A DNA stretch of 49,086 bases from positions 1 to 49,086 of the IMG/VR virus record IMGVR_UViG_3300012894_000005; one strand, written 5' to 3'. Each line of letters starts with the position of its first letter. Position 1 is the first letter of the stretch. This stretch comes from a virus. Lineage: Duplodnaviria; Caudoviricetes. Both the position numbers and the translations under genes were made by a program. A model generated the notes under the pieces. That model was not told where the DNA came from. It did no database searches and saw only the letters and a program-made list of their open reading frames with translations. This document shows positions 15,094-23,879 of the stretch, one piece after another.

Positions 15094-15987
15094 ATGTTAC
15101 CAATCATCGTTTCGTTTTCAGGTGGCCGCACCTCAGCTTATATGCTGCGCCTGCTGCTCGATAATTACCCCGAAGCCGACCTCCAGGTGGTGTTCGCCAA
15201 CACAGGCAAGGAACGGCCCGAAACGCTCGACTTCGTGCAGGCGTGCAGCGAACGATTTGGCGTGCCTGTGACGTGGGTAGAGGCAGTGGTTACCCAGCAA
15301 AAGGGCATCGCCACCACTTATAAAGTAGTGGACTACGCCACCGCTAGCCGCAACGGCGAACCATTCGAGGCAGCTATCGCCAAATACGGCATCCCGAACA
15401 ATTCCTTCCCGCACTGCTCGCGTGAGTTGAAAACCCAGCCCATTGGGGCATGGATACGCGACACGTTTGCCGGCCGGCCCTTCCAGATGGCCTTGGGGAT
15501 ACGAGCCGATGAAGCCCATCGCGAAGGCGAATGGTGGTATCCGCTCATCGAGTGGGGCGTGACCAAGCAACAGGTACGCCAATTCTGGCGTGAGCAGCCC
15601 TTTGACCTGGGGTTAAAAGACTACGAAGGCAATTGTGATTTGTGCTGGAAGAAAGGCCACGACAAGAACTTAACCCTGCTGGAAGAGCGCCCCGAGCTAG
15701 GCGTGTGGTGGGCTGAAATGGAGCGCAAATATGGCCACGTTGCCCCGAGCGATGCCGACCGCCGCAAAACGAGCAAGATGGCAGCCCTGCCATTGCTCGA
15801 CACCCTATCAGGTCTGCCGGCCAAGAAGACCGGCCCCTTCTTCTTTAATCACAACGCACTCAGTATCGGTGCCTTGCGTGAGATAGTGCGTCGCAAAAAG
15901 TTTAGGCGGGTGAAGGATGAAGAAGAGGTACGCTCCTGCGCCTGTGGCGTCGAGTTTGAAAATCTCTTTGCTAACACCCCAAAATAG
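15094..15987 (+). CDS. PAPS reductase-like (PP-loop adenine nucleotide alpha-hydrolase) protein
   Basis: SFSGGRTS, FANTGKERPETLDFV, CSRELK, GIRADE and GNCDLCW motifs. Confidence 0.88.
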   Translation: MLPIIVSFSGGRTSAYMLRLLLDNYPEADLQVVFANTGKERPETLDFVQACSERFGVPVTWVEAVVTQQKGIATTYKVVDYATASRNGEPFEAAIAKYGIPNNSFPHCSRELKTQPIGAWIRDTFAGRPFQMALGIRADEAHREGEWWYPLIEWGVTKQQVRQFWREQPFDLGLKDYEGNCDLCWKKGHDKNLTLLEERPELGVWWAEMERKYGHVAPSDADRRKTSKMAALPLLDTLSGLPAKKTGPFFFNHNALSIGALREIVRRKKFRRVKDEEEVRSCACGVEFENLFANTPK

Positions 15988-16062
15988 CCTCACCTGGCCT
16001 CCTCTCTACTTAGGAAGACACAGAGGGGAGGCTACAATCACAATCATTTTCATTTCAACGTT

Positions 16063-16794
16063 ATGACTGATAAACTGCAAGATGCGATAAATGCCTTTGG
16101 CCAGTCGCTCAATCCCACGCCCAAATTTTCTGCCGCCACCCCCACCCTCCTAGCTACAGTAGAAGCAGGGCCGCAGATAGCTGTATGCGATAAAGAGGTG
16201 CTGATTGACCTGAGCAATGATATTGAGCAGCAGCTTTCTTGGTCTACTGACCTACCCGATGCAACATCTCGCGTGATGGATGTACTGCGTTCCTGTCAGC
16301 AGCGCACGCCAGAGCCCGCCAACCGCTCCCTTTCTTCCTTAGAAGGTGGGCCGACAAAAATTAAGGAGGTTGCGCGCGATTTGAGCTATGCGCTGCGGGA
16401 AGCCGGCTTGCTGGATGAAACTGGCCCAGCCGACCACGCTGCCCGCGCAGCTATGCTACCCATCCTCGAAAAGATGGCCGCCCCCGCTATAGTAGAAGAA
16501 GGTGGGGTGGGCGGCTGGATTCAAATGCTTGTTGGGCAGAGCGAGCCGCAACATTACCAAGTGGTTGATATTGCTTTTACCTGCCCTGGCGAACCTGAGA
16601 AAATGCATCGCACTTCCGCTTACTGGACTGGCGAGCAATGGATTAACGCGGGCCGCGCTAGCGGGCAGGATATGAACTTCTACACGGTTCACTACTGGCT
16701 TTATATTCCTGAGCCGCCCGAAATACCTGAAGTGGATACCCTGCCCATCCCGGCCACCTCCCCCACTACCAAGAAAGGGCCCGCCCAGCTATGA
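16063..16794 (+). CDS. Mosaic hypothetical protein with a DUF551-like C-terminus
   Basis: C-terminal WI....P...AYW...W...VHYWLYIPEPP. Confidence 0.6.
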   Translation: MTDKLQDAINAFGQSLNPTPKFSAATPTLLATVEAGPQIAVCDKEVLIDLSNDIEQQLSWSTDLPDATSRVMDVLRSCQQRTPEPANRSLSSLEGGPTKIKEVARDLSYALREAGLLDETGPADHAARAAMLPILEKMAAPAIVEEGGVGGWIQMLVGQSEPQHYQVVDIAFTCPGEPEKMHRTSAYWTGEQWINAGRASGQDMNFYTVHYWLYIPEPPEIPEVDTLPIPATSPTTKKGPAQL

Positions 16795-16940
16795 GCAAGC
16801 TCTTTTCGTTCGCCGCCCTCATGCACTTCGTGTGCCTGTTGCTGGCCCTACTACTGTGGCTGCCAGCGCTGCTGGGCTTCTTGCTTCGAGGAGAGCACCC
16901 CCGCCGTCGCCTGATTGGGAAGGAGGTAGTCAGTGAGTAG
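16791..16940 (+). CDS. 49-aa membrane peptide
   Basis: ATGA overlap with the upstream gene; one long hydrophobic segment. Confidence 0.5.
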   Translation: MSKLFSFAALMHFVCLLLALLLWLPALLGFLLRGEHPRRRLIGKEVVSE

Positions 16941-17178
16941 CCTCACCACCCACGATGCAGTACGGGTCAACCGCCCCAGCAAGCGCGGCCACGGTCACAT
17001 CGGGCGGCTTGTCGGCATCGGAGACGCTCCACAATTCGCCTGGGTGGCCTTCCTCAAGAGTGAGACTGCCCGCACCGAGCCCCCGCCAGCCACGATGCTG
17101 CACCGCCAGGACTTATACCCCCGCCTACTTCTTCCTATCAGTCAACTCGAAAAGCATGAAAGCAAAAACCCTTCGTGA
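16933..17178 (+). CDS. Hypothetical protein
   Basis: GTG start overlapping the upstream stop. Confidence 0.5.
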   Translation: MSSLTTHDAVRVNRPSKRGHGHIGRLVGIGDAPQFAWVAFLKSETARTEPPPATMLHRQDLYPRLLLPISQLEKHESKNPS

Positions 17179-17449
17179 TGTGAAGCTGCCACTCGGGGCC
17201 GGTGTCACGTCCAACATGCGCGGTGCTGGCCGGCCGGTAATAGCCATTGCCCCAGAAATTACCCGCGCCACCAACCGCTGGGCAGACGCCTACCTGCCAG
17301 GCTATGATTTGTCACAGCTAGAGCAGGGGCTAAAAATGGTGATGCGCCATCCCGACCAAGCCAGCCCCGGCTACAGCAAAGCCAAGAGCGCCCGACAGCG
17401 CCTGCAATTAGAAATCAACCGCCTCAAGGCACTACCTAAAGCAGCCTAA
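17156..17449 (+). CDS. Hypothetical protein
   Basis: ATG at 17156; TAATG coupling to dut; ends PKAA. Confidence 0.6.
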   Translation: MKAKTLRDVKLPLGAGVTSNMRGAGRPVIAIAPEITRATNRWADAYLPGYDLSQLEQGLKMVMRHPDQASPGYSKAKSARQRLQLEINRLKALPKAA

Positions 17450-17886
17450 TGGCCACTATCAACCGCCCCAAAATCACGTACGTAGGCAGCTTTAAAGAGC
17501 CACGTTACGCCACTAGTCAGTCAGCCGGCTTCGACCTCAGGGCTGAATTGCGGGCGCCCTTGACCCTGCATCCCTTGCAGCAGGCATCCATCCCAACCGG
17601 CATCTACTGCGAGTTGCCGCCCGGCCATGAAGTGCAGGTGCGCCCCCGTTCGGGGCTGGCTCGTGACCACGGTATTACGGTTATCAACGCCCCCGGTACG
17701 GTTGACCCTGACTACAAGGATGAGGTGAAGGTGCTACTTGTCAACCTTAGCGACCAGCCCTACACCATACAGCCAGGTAAGCGCATAGCTCAGGCCGTGG
17801 TGGCCCGCTTCGTAACGGTACCCGATTTGCTGCCTGAATTCCACATAGAGCGCGCCGGGGGCTTCGGCAGTACCGGCCATGACTAG
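17449..17886 (+). CDS. dut: Trimeric dUTPase
   Basis: SAGFDL, RPRSGLA, PGTVDPDY, RIAQ and RAGGFGSTG motifs. Confidence 0.95.
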   Translation: MATINRPKITYVGSFKEPRYATSQSAGFDLRAELRAPLTLHPLQQASIPTGIYCELPPGHEVQVRPRSGLARDHGITVINAPGTVDPDYKDEVKVLLVNLSDQPYTIQPGKRIAQAVVARFVTVPDLLPEFHIERAGGFGSTGHD

Positions 17887-18015
17887 CCCCCGCATCAACC
17901 GCGGCGCCGGCCTCTTGCGCCTCTCCCGGCATTATCAACATCGGTGGTCCCCACTCTGGCGGGGGCGCCCGAAAGCTCCGCCCCGCGCCTTCACTTACTG
18001 TAAAGCTGCCTAGCG

Positions 18016-18429
18016 ATGAAGCGCACCCAGCAGTCGTTTAACTCGACTTTCAAGCCCCGCGCGTCGGGCCTGTGCAAGGAGAGCCGCAACCGGCGCCGGG
18101 CGAAAGCAGCCCAAAGCAAAGCCTACGCCGCGGCCGATGATGCCGAGCAAGCCTATTGCAGCGCGTGCGGGGTAGCGGGCCATGTGGAGCACTCGCATAT
18201 TTTGAGCCAGGGCCGCTATCCCGAGCACCGAAATAACCCGCTCAACTGGCTGCAATTCGGCAAGCACTGTGGCTGTCATACCTGCTGGGAGAATAGTAAG
18301 CGGGCCTTTGCAGAGCGATTTCCAGCCGCCTACGCAGAAAGCTTGCGACGCATGGGCTTGATAGACCCCGCCGCGCTGGCCTTCTTCCTGCTGAAAAACC
18401 CACCCGGCGGCCCGCTCTCTTTAGTCTAG
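18016..18429 (+). CDS. HNH/NinG-like zinc-binding nuclease
   Basis: CSACG...EHSHILS...N...CGCH. Confidence 0.65.
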   Translation: MKRTQQSFNSTFKPRASGLCKESRNRRRAKAAQSKAYAAADDAEQAYCSACGVAGHVEHSHILSQGRYPEHRNNPLNWLQFGKHCGCHTCWENSKRAFAERFPAAYAESLRRMGLIDPAALAFFLLKNPPGGPLSLV

Positions 18430-18636
18430 TGTGCCAGCCGCCGGCTTTTCGGGCAGCTTGATTTCGCCGTTTTTGGCCTCGTAGGCAGTGATATAATCCT
18501 CTAGGACTAAGCTGCCTAACTCCGCTGGCCGGCGCCGTTCCCGGTCCGATATAACTAGGAATTTAGCGCGCAGTTCATCGCGTAGGCGCACAGGGAAAGG
18601 GAGTTTGGGTGCTGCTGATTTGGGGCGTCCGGCCAT
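18421..18636 (-). CDS. Arc/RHH-type regulator
   Basis: MAGRPK...FPVRL...ERRRPAELGSLVLEDYI. Divergent TAnnTTTG boxes lie between it and the next gene. Confidence 0.75.
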   Translation of the reverse strand: MAGRPKSAAPKLPFPVRLRDELRAKFLVISDRERRRPAELGSLVLEDYITAYEAKNGEIKLPEKPAAGTLD

Positions 18637-18787
18637 GCCGCAAAAGTACGCGCAAAATAATTTCTTACTTACTGAATCTATTTTGGTATACGGTAAGTAT
18701 ATTTGTCATACGCAAAGGGTAGCAAGCACGCAACCCATCGGCTGCCCACACAGCCCGCACCGTCTTACCCAGGGCAACAGCCCTATT

Positions 18788-18839
18788 TGACAGCCTCGTT
18801 TGCTGTGCCTGTGGGGGCATGGTGGGCGGGGCACTGTCA
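18788..18839 (+). promoter_or_regulatory. Long G-U-rich leader hairpin
   Basis: About 23 bp, with eight G-U/U-G pairs and no true mismatch in the 18-bp core. Confidence 0.65.
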
Positions 18840-18850
18840 TTTCCTGCATC

Positions 18851-19111
18851 ATGGCAATTTTCTCTGTAACCGTTAAGCGCATTACCGACAACAACAGCCC
18901 CCAGATTAAAGAGCTGATTGCCCTCGACCAACTGAAGGGGAAGGCACGCCTACCCTACGAGCCGCTGGCTGATGATGCCCACACCTTCACGGTAGAAGCC
19001 GCTGACCGCCGCGAAGCCTACAAAGCTGGCAGTCGCTACAACGGCCTGCGCTTTACGGGCCAGCTGCGCGAAATCTGGATTGACGGCACCCAAGAGTTCG
19101 GCAACTACTAA
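18851..19111 (+). CDS. Hypothetical protein
   Basis: ATG at 18851; TAATG coupling to the methyltransferase. Confidence 0.6.
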   Translation: MAIFSVTVKRITDNNSPQIKELIALDQLKGKARLPYEPLADDAHTFTVEAADRREAYKAGSRYNGLRFTGQLREIWIDGTQEFGNY

Positions 19112-19746
19112 TGCAGCCGGCCGCTCTGTTTTTGTTCGAGCACAGCACCCGCACAGCTGGGCCTTGGGCTGCTGCCGGCTACCTGTGCTACTGCGTGGAT
19201 ATAGACCACCCAGCTGGCGAAAGCCGCGAGGGCAATATTATCCGCATTGGGCACGACCTGCTGAATTGGCAGCCCCCGGCCGATGTGGTTTTCAGCTTCG
19301 CTGCTGCCATGCCGCCGTGTACCGACCTGACAAAAAGCGGCGCGCGGTGGTGGAAAGAGAAAGGGCTGCACCGCCTAGCTGATGCAATAAAGCTTGTGGC
19401 TGTGGCGGCTGACCTATGTGAGTCGCTGAACTGCCCCTACTACATCGAGAATCCGAACGGGGCGCTTTCTACGCACTGGCGGAAGCCGGACTATGACTTT
19501 GACCCGTGCGAGTACGCGGGGTATCTGCCTGCTGCTGAGCGCATCGAAGAGGCCTACACCAAGCGCACCAACCTATGGACCGGCGGTGGCTTCGTGATGC
19601 CTGAGAAGAAAGAAGTTGTGCCCCTGCTGGGCTCCAAAATGCATTTACTGGCACCTGGACCTAATCGCGCACGGCTTCGCTCTGAATCGCCGCGCGGCTT
19701 TGCCCTGGCTGTCACATTAACCAATAGCTCGCTCACCCATGCATGA
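19111..19746 (+). CDS. Minimal phage C5-cytosine DNA methyltransferase-like protein
   Basis: PPCTDL (motif IV), IENP (motif VI), YTKRTNLW and RSESPRGFA. Confidence 0.75.
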   Translation: MQPAALFLFEHSTRTAGPWAAAGYLCYCVDIDHPAGESREGNIIRIGHDLLNWQPPADVVFSFAAAMPPCTDLTKSGARWWKEKGLHRLADAIKLVAVAADLCESLNCPYYIENPNGALSTHWRKPDYDFDPCEYAGYLPAAERIEEAYTKRTNLWTGGGFVMPEKKEVVPLLGSKMHLLAPGPNRARLRSESPRGFALAVTLTNSSLTHA

Positions 19747-19791
19747 GACTGTAAAACGCCCGGCCCCCACCCTAGACAAACAACCCACCCC

Positions 19792-20352
19792 ATGAATTTC
19801 GCTGATATACCCCAACGCATTCGTAGCGGGAGCTGGGAGTGCAATTACAGTCTCAAGTCGCTACCCAAGTTGATGGCCACTTGGCAGACTGAGGCAGAAG
19901 GCGGGCTGCAACTGAACCCAGATTTCCAGCGCGGCCACGTCTGGACCCAGGCCCAGCAAATCGCCTACATCGAGTACGTGCTGCGCGGGGGGCAGTCGGG
20001 GCTTGTGCTTTACTTCAATAAGCCCGACTGGCAGGCCCGCCGCACGACCGAGTACAACGATTTCGTGATTGTAGACGGCTTGCAGCGGCTGACTGCCATC
20101 CTCCGCTTTGTGCAGGATGAGATACCAGCTTACGGCCACCTGTACAGTCAGTTTGAGGGGCCATTGCGGCTATTCCACGATGTGCGAATCAACGTCAACT
20201 GCCTACAAACCCGCGCCGAGGTATTGCAGTGGTACTTAGAAATGAACGCGGGTGGCACTCCGCACACCGCTGAAGAAATAGAGCGAGTGCGCGCCTTGCT
20301 GGCAGCTGAAAAATTGTCGGCCCCCACTACAGAAAAAGCCCCCACCCCATGA
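19792..20352 (+). CDS. Stand-alone DUF262 (ParB/Srx-fold) protein
   Basis: PDFQRGHVW, IVDGLQRLTAI and MNAGG motifs. Confidence 0.85.
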   Translation: MNFADIPQRIRSGSWECNYSLKSLPKLMATWQTEAEGGLQLNPDFQRGHVWTQAQQIAYIEYVLRGGQSGLVLYFNKPDWQARRTTEYNDFVIVDGLQRLTAILRFVQDEIPAYGHLYSQFEGPLRLFHDVRINVNCLQTRAEVLQWYLEMNAGGTPHTAEEIERVRALLAAEKLSAPTTEKAPTP

Positions 20353-20969
20353 GCCAGACCCCACAACAGCAGGGCACGACCCTCCAAATTTTAGCCCCTT
20401 ATCTGCCTTATGGGATTGAGGTGGAATGGGAAAGCGGTAACAAAAAGAAGCGCGCCACGATGTCATGCCTGGGGCATTCTTGGCGGTATTCGCCGCCTCG
20501 GATAGTGCCCACTGTTGACCTTGTACGAGATAATCAGCCAGTAGGCATCCTGCTTGTAACGTGGTGCCTGCCGGTTTTGCGCCCCTTCCCCCAATTATGT
20601 GAGCCCCTTCCTGATGGAACAGTGCCGGCAGTGGAGGTGGCAAAAATTCTGATAGGCGGCTCGGATGAAGAATATACTTATGAGACCTGCAAGCTGCCAT
20701 TTACCAAGGGCATAACCGTATTGGCTCACATTGATGATGAGTTGGTATATCAGCTCGACTTGCAGCCTGATTGGGATTGGTGGCTTTCAGACCTTTTAGC
20801 CCAGGCTAATCATGAAGAAATCACGGTAAGGCACCCGGCCGAAGCAATCGACTACCTGCGCTCCCAGCACTTCGCCCTCCCAGTAAACGGCCGCCCCCTC
20901 CTAGAAGGCATTGATTTCATCCCCAAATCGGTGTCGGGTCCTACTACAGAAGAAGGAGGTAAGCCGTGA
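20349..20969 (+). CDS. Hypothetical protein
   Basis: LAPYLPYG...PVLRP...YLRSQHF; translationally coupled ORF. Confidence 0.7.
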   Translation: MSQTPQQQGTTLQILAPYLPYGIEVEWESGNKKKRATMSCLGHSWRYSPPRIVPTVDLVRDNQPVGILLVTWCLPVLRPFPQLCEPLPDGTVPAVEVAKILIGGSDEEYTYETCKLPFTKGITVLAHIDDELVYQLDLQPDWDWWLSDLLAQANHEEITVRHPAEAIDYLRSQHFALPVNGRPLLEGIDFIPKSVSGPTTEEGGKP

Positions 20970-21316
20970 GCCAGACTCGTGAAGAAATCCTTTGCCTACC
21001 AGCTGGCAAAGAGTTAGATGCGCTCGTTTTTCAGCATCATGTCGGGCTAGACCCAGCGAAGTATTTCGTGCCTCATTATTCCACGCAGATAGATTCTGCG
21101 TGGCGCCTACTACTTGGCAAGGGCTGGATTATTCAAGAAGATGTGCAATGCATAGGGTTAGGGAATAGGTGGGCTGTATTTGGTGATTACCGAGACCTTG
21201 ACGACTACCACCCCCTTGCCGAAGGCGCTAGCGCCGAACTGGCTATCTGTCGGGCCTACGTGCTAACTGCGATACGTGACGCTAGCAGGGAGAAAGGAGG
21301 GAAGCCGTGCCAGTGA
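20966..21316 (+). CDS. Phage ABA-sandwich-like protein
   Basis: GKELDALV...PHYSTQIDSAW...LAICRA. Confidence 0.65.
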   Translation: MSQTREEILCLPAGKELDALVFQHHVGLDPAKYFVPHYSTQIDSAWRLLLGKGWIIQEDVQCIGLGNRWAVFGDYRDLDDYHPLAEGASAELAICRAYVLTAIRDASREKGGKPCQ

Positions 21317-21630
21317 GGAAGGAAGAAAAGGCGCGCTACCCAGCTAACTGGAAAGAAATCGCGCTGGAAATCAAAAACGGTTGCGATTGGAAGTGCCAGG
21401 CGTGCGGCAAGCAATGCCGCCGCCCTGGCGAGCCCTTCGACACGCACCGCAACACCATGTCGGTAGCGCATTTGGACCACACGCCCGAGAACTGCGCGCC
21501 CGAGAACCTACGGGGGTGGTGTAGCAAGTGCCACCTGCAATACGACGCGAAACACCACGCGACCAACGCCGCCGCCACCCGCCGCCGAAAGGCTGGCCTA
21601 GCTAATCTATTCGCTGATGGAGCCCAATAA
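21307..21630 (+). CDS. HNH-like zinc-binding protein
   Basis: YPANWKEI...CQACG...VAHLDHTPENC...NLRGWCSKCHLQYD. Confidence 0.8.
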   Translation: MPVRKEEKARYPANWKEIALEIKNGCDWKCQACGKQCRRPGEPFDTHRNTMSVAHLDHTPENCAPENLRGWCSKCHLQYDAKHHATNAAATRRRKAGLANLFADGAQ

Positions 21631-22816
21631 GCCCTTCCCCATTTATCAGTTGCAGGATGCCTTTGAGGCGTTCTGCAACAGCGAGCCCGCCGCTAAGCCC
21701 CAGCACCGCAGCCTGTACTACTTCCTACTGGGCTACTGCCGGCGCCGGGGCAACGCGCCCCGCTTCAACCTGGCTTATGAGGCCGGGATGCACGGTAGTG
21801 GCATCGGCTCGTGGGCTACCTATGATACTGCTCTAAAAAGCCTTGCCGAGTGGGGGTTTATTCTCTACACGCCAGGGGCTAATCGCTACAAAGTGCCCGT
21901 TGTAGAACTCACTTTTCGCAATCCTACTGATGATGTACTGCTGACCTACTGGCAATCCTACTGCCTATCTACTGCCAACTCTACCGACAATCCTACTGAT
22001 GATGTACTGCTAACTCAAGTGGTGACATTAAAAGAAGTATTAAAGAAGGAAAAGGAGAAAGTAGGGAAATTAGAAAGTGAGAAAACCCAACTACAAGCAG
22101 ACGTAGCGGCGGCTAGCGCCGCGCTGGCGGACTCTCAAAAAAAAATAGAGGGGTTGCAGTTTGAAATTGACAACTACGCCGCCGAACTCTACAGCGACCC
22201 CATCCCGCCCGGCCCACTTGCTGAAAGCCCCCAGCCGGAGCTTCGCACACCAGGGGGGGCGGCCGATGTAGGTACACGGGTTGGGGACGGACAAAACGGA
22301 CAAAAAGGACAAAAACGCGCCCAAAAGGACAAGCCCCAGCCCGGTAGTGCCAACGCCGCCGACTACCAAATGCCGGGCTGGGCTACCACCCCTTTCGTGA
22401 AAGAGTTCGCCGCCTGGCTGGCCCGCCGCCAAACCCGCTCCGATTGCAAGCCCCTAACAGCCCCCGCCGTGCAGGCCCGGCTAAACGAGTTGGGCCGCTA
22501 TGATGAGCCCTTCTGCCTTCGACTTTTTGAGCAGGCCCAGCAAAACCCAGGCTGGCAAGGCCTGACGTTCGACAACACCCCGCACAAGTTCACCCAGCAC
22601 TGCTTAGACCTTCAAAAGCTTCAAGCCAATGCATCCCGCCAGAACCAACAAGCAAATGGCGCCAAGCCAAACGCCGCCGCCGCCGCAGATGTGGCTGAGT
22701 TCCTTGTGCGCCGGCGATTCCAGCAGCCAGGAGGTACAGCTGGCGATACTGGACAAACAACGGGGGCTTACCCCGGCCAAGGCACAGGAGGCGCCCCAAG
22801 TTTCGGCCCTCACTAA
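21617..22816 (+). CDS. Replication initiator (lambda O-like)
   Basis: N-terminal winged-helix-like region, internal iterons, coiled coil and a C-terminal FAAWL...WQGL domain. Confidence 0.7.
   Translation: MEPNKPFPIYQLQDAFEAFCNSEPAAKPQHRSLYYFLLGYCRRRGNAPRFNLAYEAGMHGSGIGSWATYDTALKSLAEWGFILYTPGANRYKVPVVELTFRNPTDDVLLTYWQSYCLSTANSTDNPTDDVLLTQVVTLKEVLKKEKEKVGKLESEKTQLQADVAAASAALADSQKKIEGLQFEIDNYAAELYSDPIPPGPLAESPQPELRTPGGAADVGTRVGDGQNGQKGQKRAQKDKPQPGSANAADYQMPGWATTPFVKEFAAWLARRQTRSDCKPLTAPAVQARLNELGRYDEPFCLRLFEQAQQNPGWQGLTFDNTPHKFTQHCLDLQKLQANASRQNQQANGAKPNAAAAADVAEFLVRRRFQQPGGTAGDTGQTTGAYPGQGTGGAPSFGPH
21919..22085 (+). repeat. Iteron array and A-rich tract (probable origin inside the initiator gene)
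   Basis: 24-bp exact repeat at 21919 and 21988; eight (C/G)TAC(T/C)G cores spaced 11-12 bp apart. Confidence 0.75.
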
Positions 22817-23549
22817 ATCCGAAGAAGGAGCAGTAGCCGCTACCCGTGCCCTTACCAACGCGCTCTCGTTTACGGCTAACCAGTTCAACGTAGTGCGCAA
22901 TATCAGCGAATTACAGTTGGGCTACCTGGCCGAAGACCTGCTGAGCCTCTATTGGGATTGGAAGTTTGACGAGTTTCTATATGTGCTACGGGAGGGAGTT
23001 CGGCAGAATTGGAACAAGACCTACGACCGATTCGACCCGCCCACCATGCATGAATGGTGTAAAGCTTACTTGGCAGCCCGCGCGATTCAGATTGAGAACG
23101 ATGCCTTTAAGGCGCACCAAGAGCGGAAGAAAGCAGAAAAGCAGCCAGTCAAGTCCGAACTGGCTAACCACCCACTGTTTGATTATTTCGGCGCCCGTGC
23201 CCAGCTAGAGGCTCTAACGGACGCCGACCTGCTAGCAACCTTCAACGCCTACCGGCCAGGCAAAGCAGCCGACCAACAGTTCGTTGCCAATGTGGCGCAG
23301 GAAGTCATTAACCAGCGCCGCGCCAGGCTCTACCTCTCCCGCATCGGGCAGGCGATTGTAGGCGACGAAAAGGACTTTAACACTTACGCCGTGGAAATCG
23401 AGTCGGAACGCCGCGAGCGTGAAAAGGCCGAAGACCACGCCATGCGGCTAGCCCTGGCTACTGGCAACAACGCCGCCGCTGGCCTGCCTGCCTCCCAGGT
23501 GCCCGGCCTCTATGATAACCTGCCCGATGCGCCCGCATTTGGCTCCTAG
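22629..23549 (+). CDS. Replication accessory protein (helicase-loader/P-like; start uncertain)
   Basis: Overlaps the initiator 3' end; helical domain; positional call. Confidence 0.55.
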   Translation: MHPARTNKQMAPSQTPPPPQMWLSSLCAGDSSSQEVQLAILDKQRGLTPAKAQEAPQVSALTKSEEGAVAATRALTNALSFTANQFNVVRNISELQLGYLAEDLLSLYWDWKFDEFLYVLREGVRQNWNKTYDRFDPPTMHEWCKAYLAARAIQIENDAFKAHQERKKAEKQPVKSELANHPLFDYFGARAQLEALTDADLLATFNAYRPGKAADQQFVANVAQEVINQRRARLYLSRIGQAIVGDEKDFNTYAVEIESERREREKAEDHAMRLALATGNNAAAGLPASQVPGLYDNLPDAPAFGS

Positions 23550-23587
23550 CCCCCTCGCCCCCACTACGTCAACACCCCCAGCCAGCC

Positions 23588-23788
23588 ATGCCAATGCGTG
23601 AACTCAATAGAATCTTCTGGCCCACTGAAGTAGCCCTGCGCAAGCTCGGCATCTGGGCTTTCCCCGCCCCGCCCGCCGGCACCAAACTGCGTCGCAAGAA
23701 GCCCCGCCGCCGCCCGACTGGCTGCTTGTGGGTGCGCCCGATGCCGAACCGCCGCCCGATGCTCAATCCGCCGCCGATGCCTTTCTAG
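23588..23788 (+). CDS. Basic Pro/Arg-rich small protein
   Basis: ORF in the operon. Confidence 0.4.
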   Translation: MPMRELNRIFWPTEVALRKLGIWAFPAPPAGTKLRRKKPRRRPTGCLWVRPMPNRRPMLNPPPMPF

Positions 23789-23879
23789 CCCACCCCCTAG
23801 TACCAGAGACCCGAGAAAATAAAGTGAAACGTGCTAGTTAAACTTTTAATTGTCACATATATTACGTAACTTCACGCAT

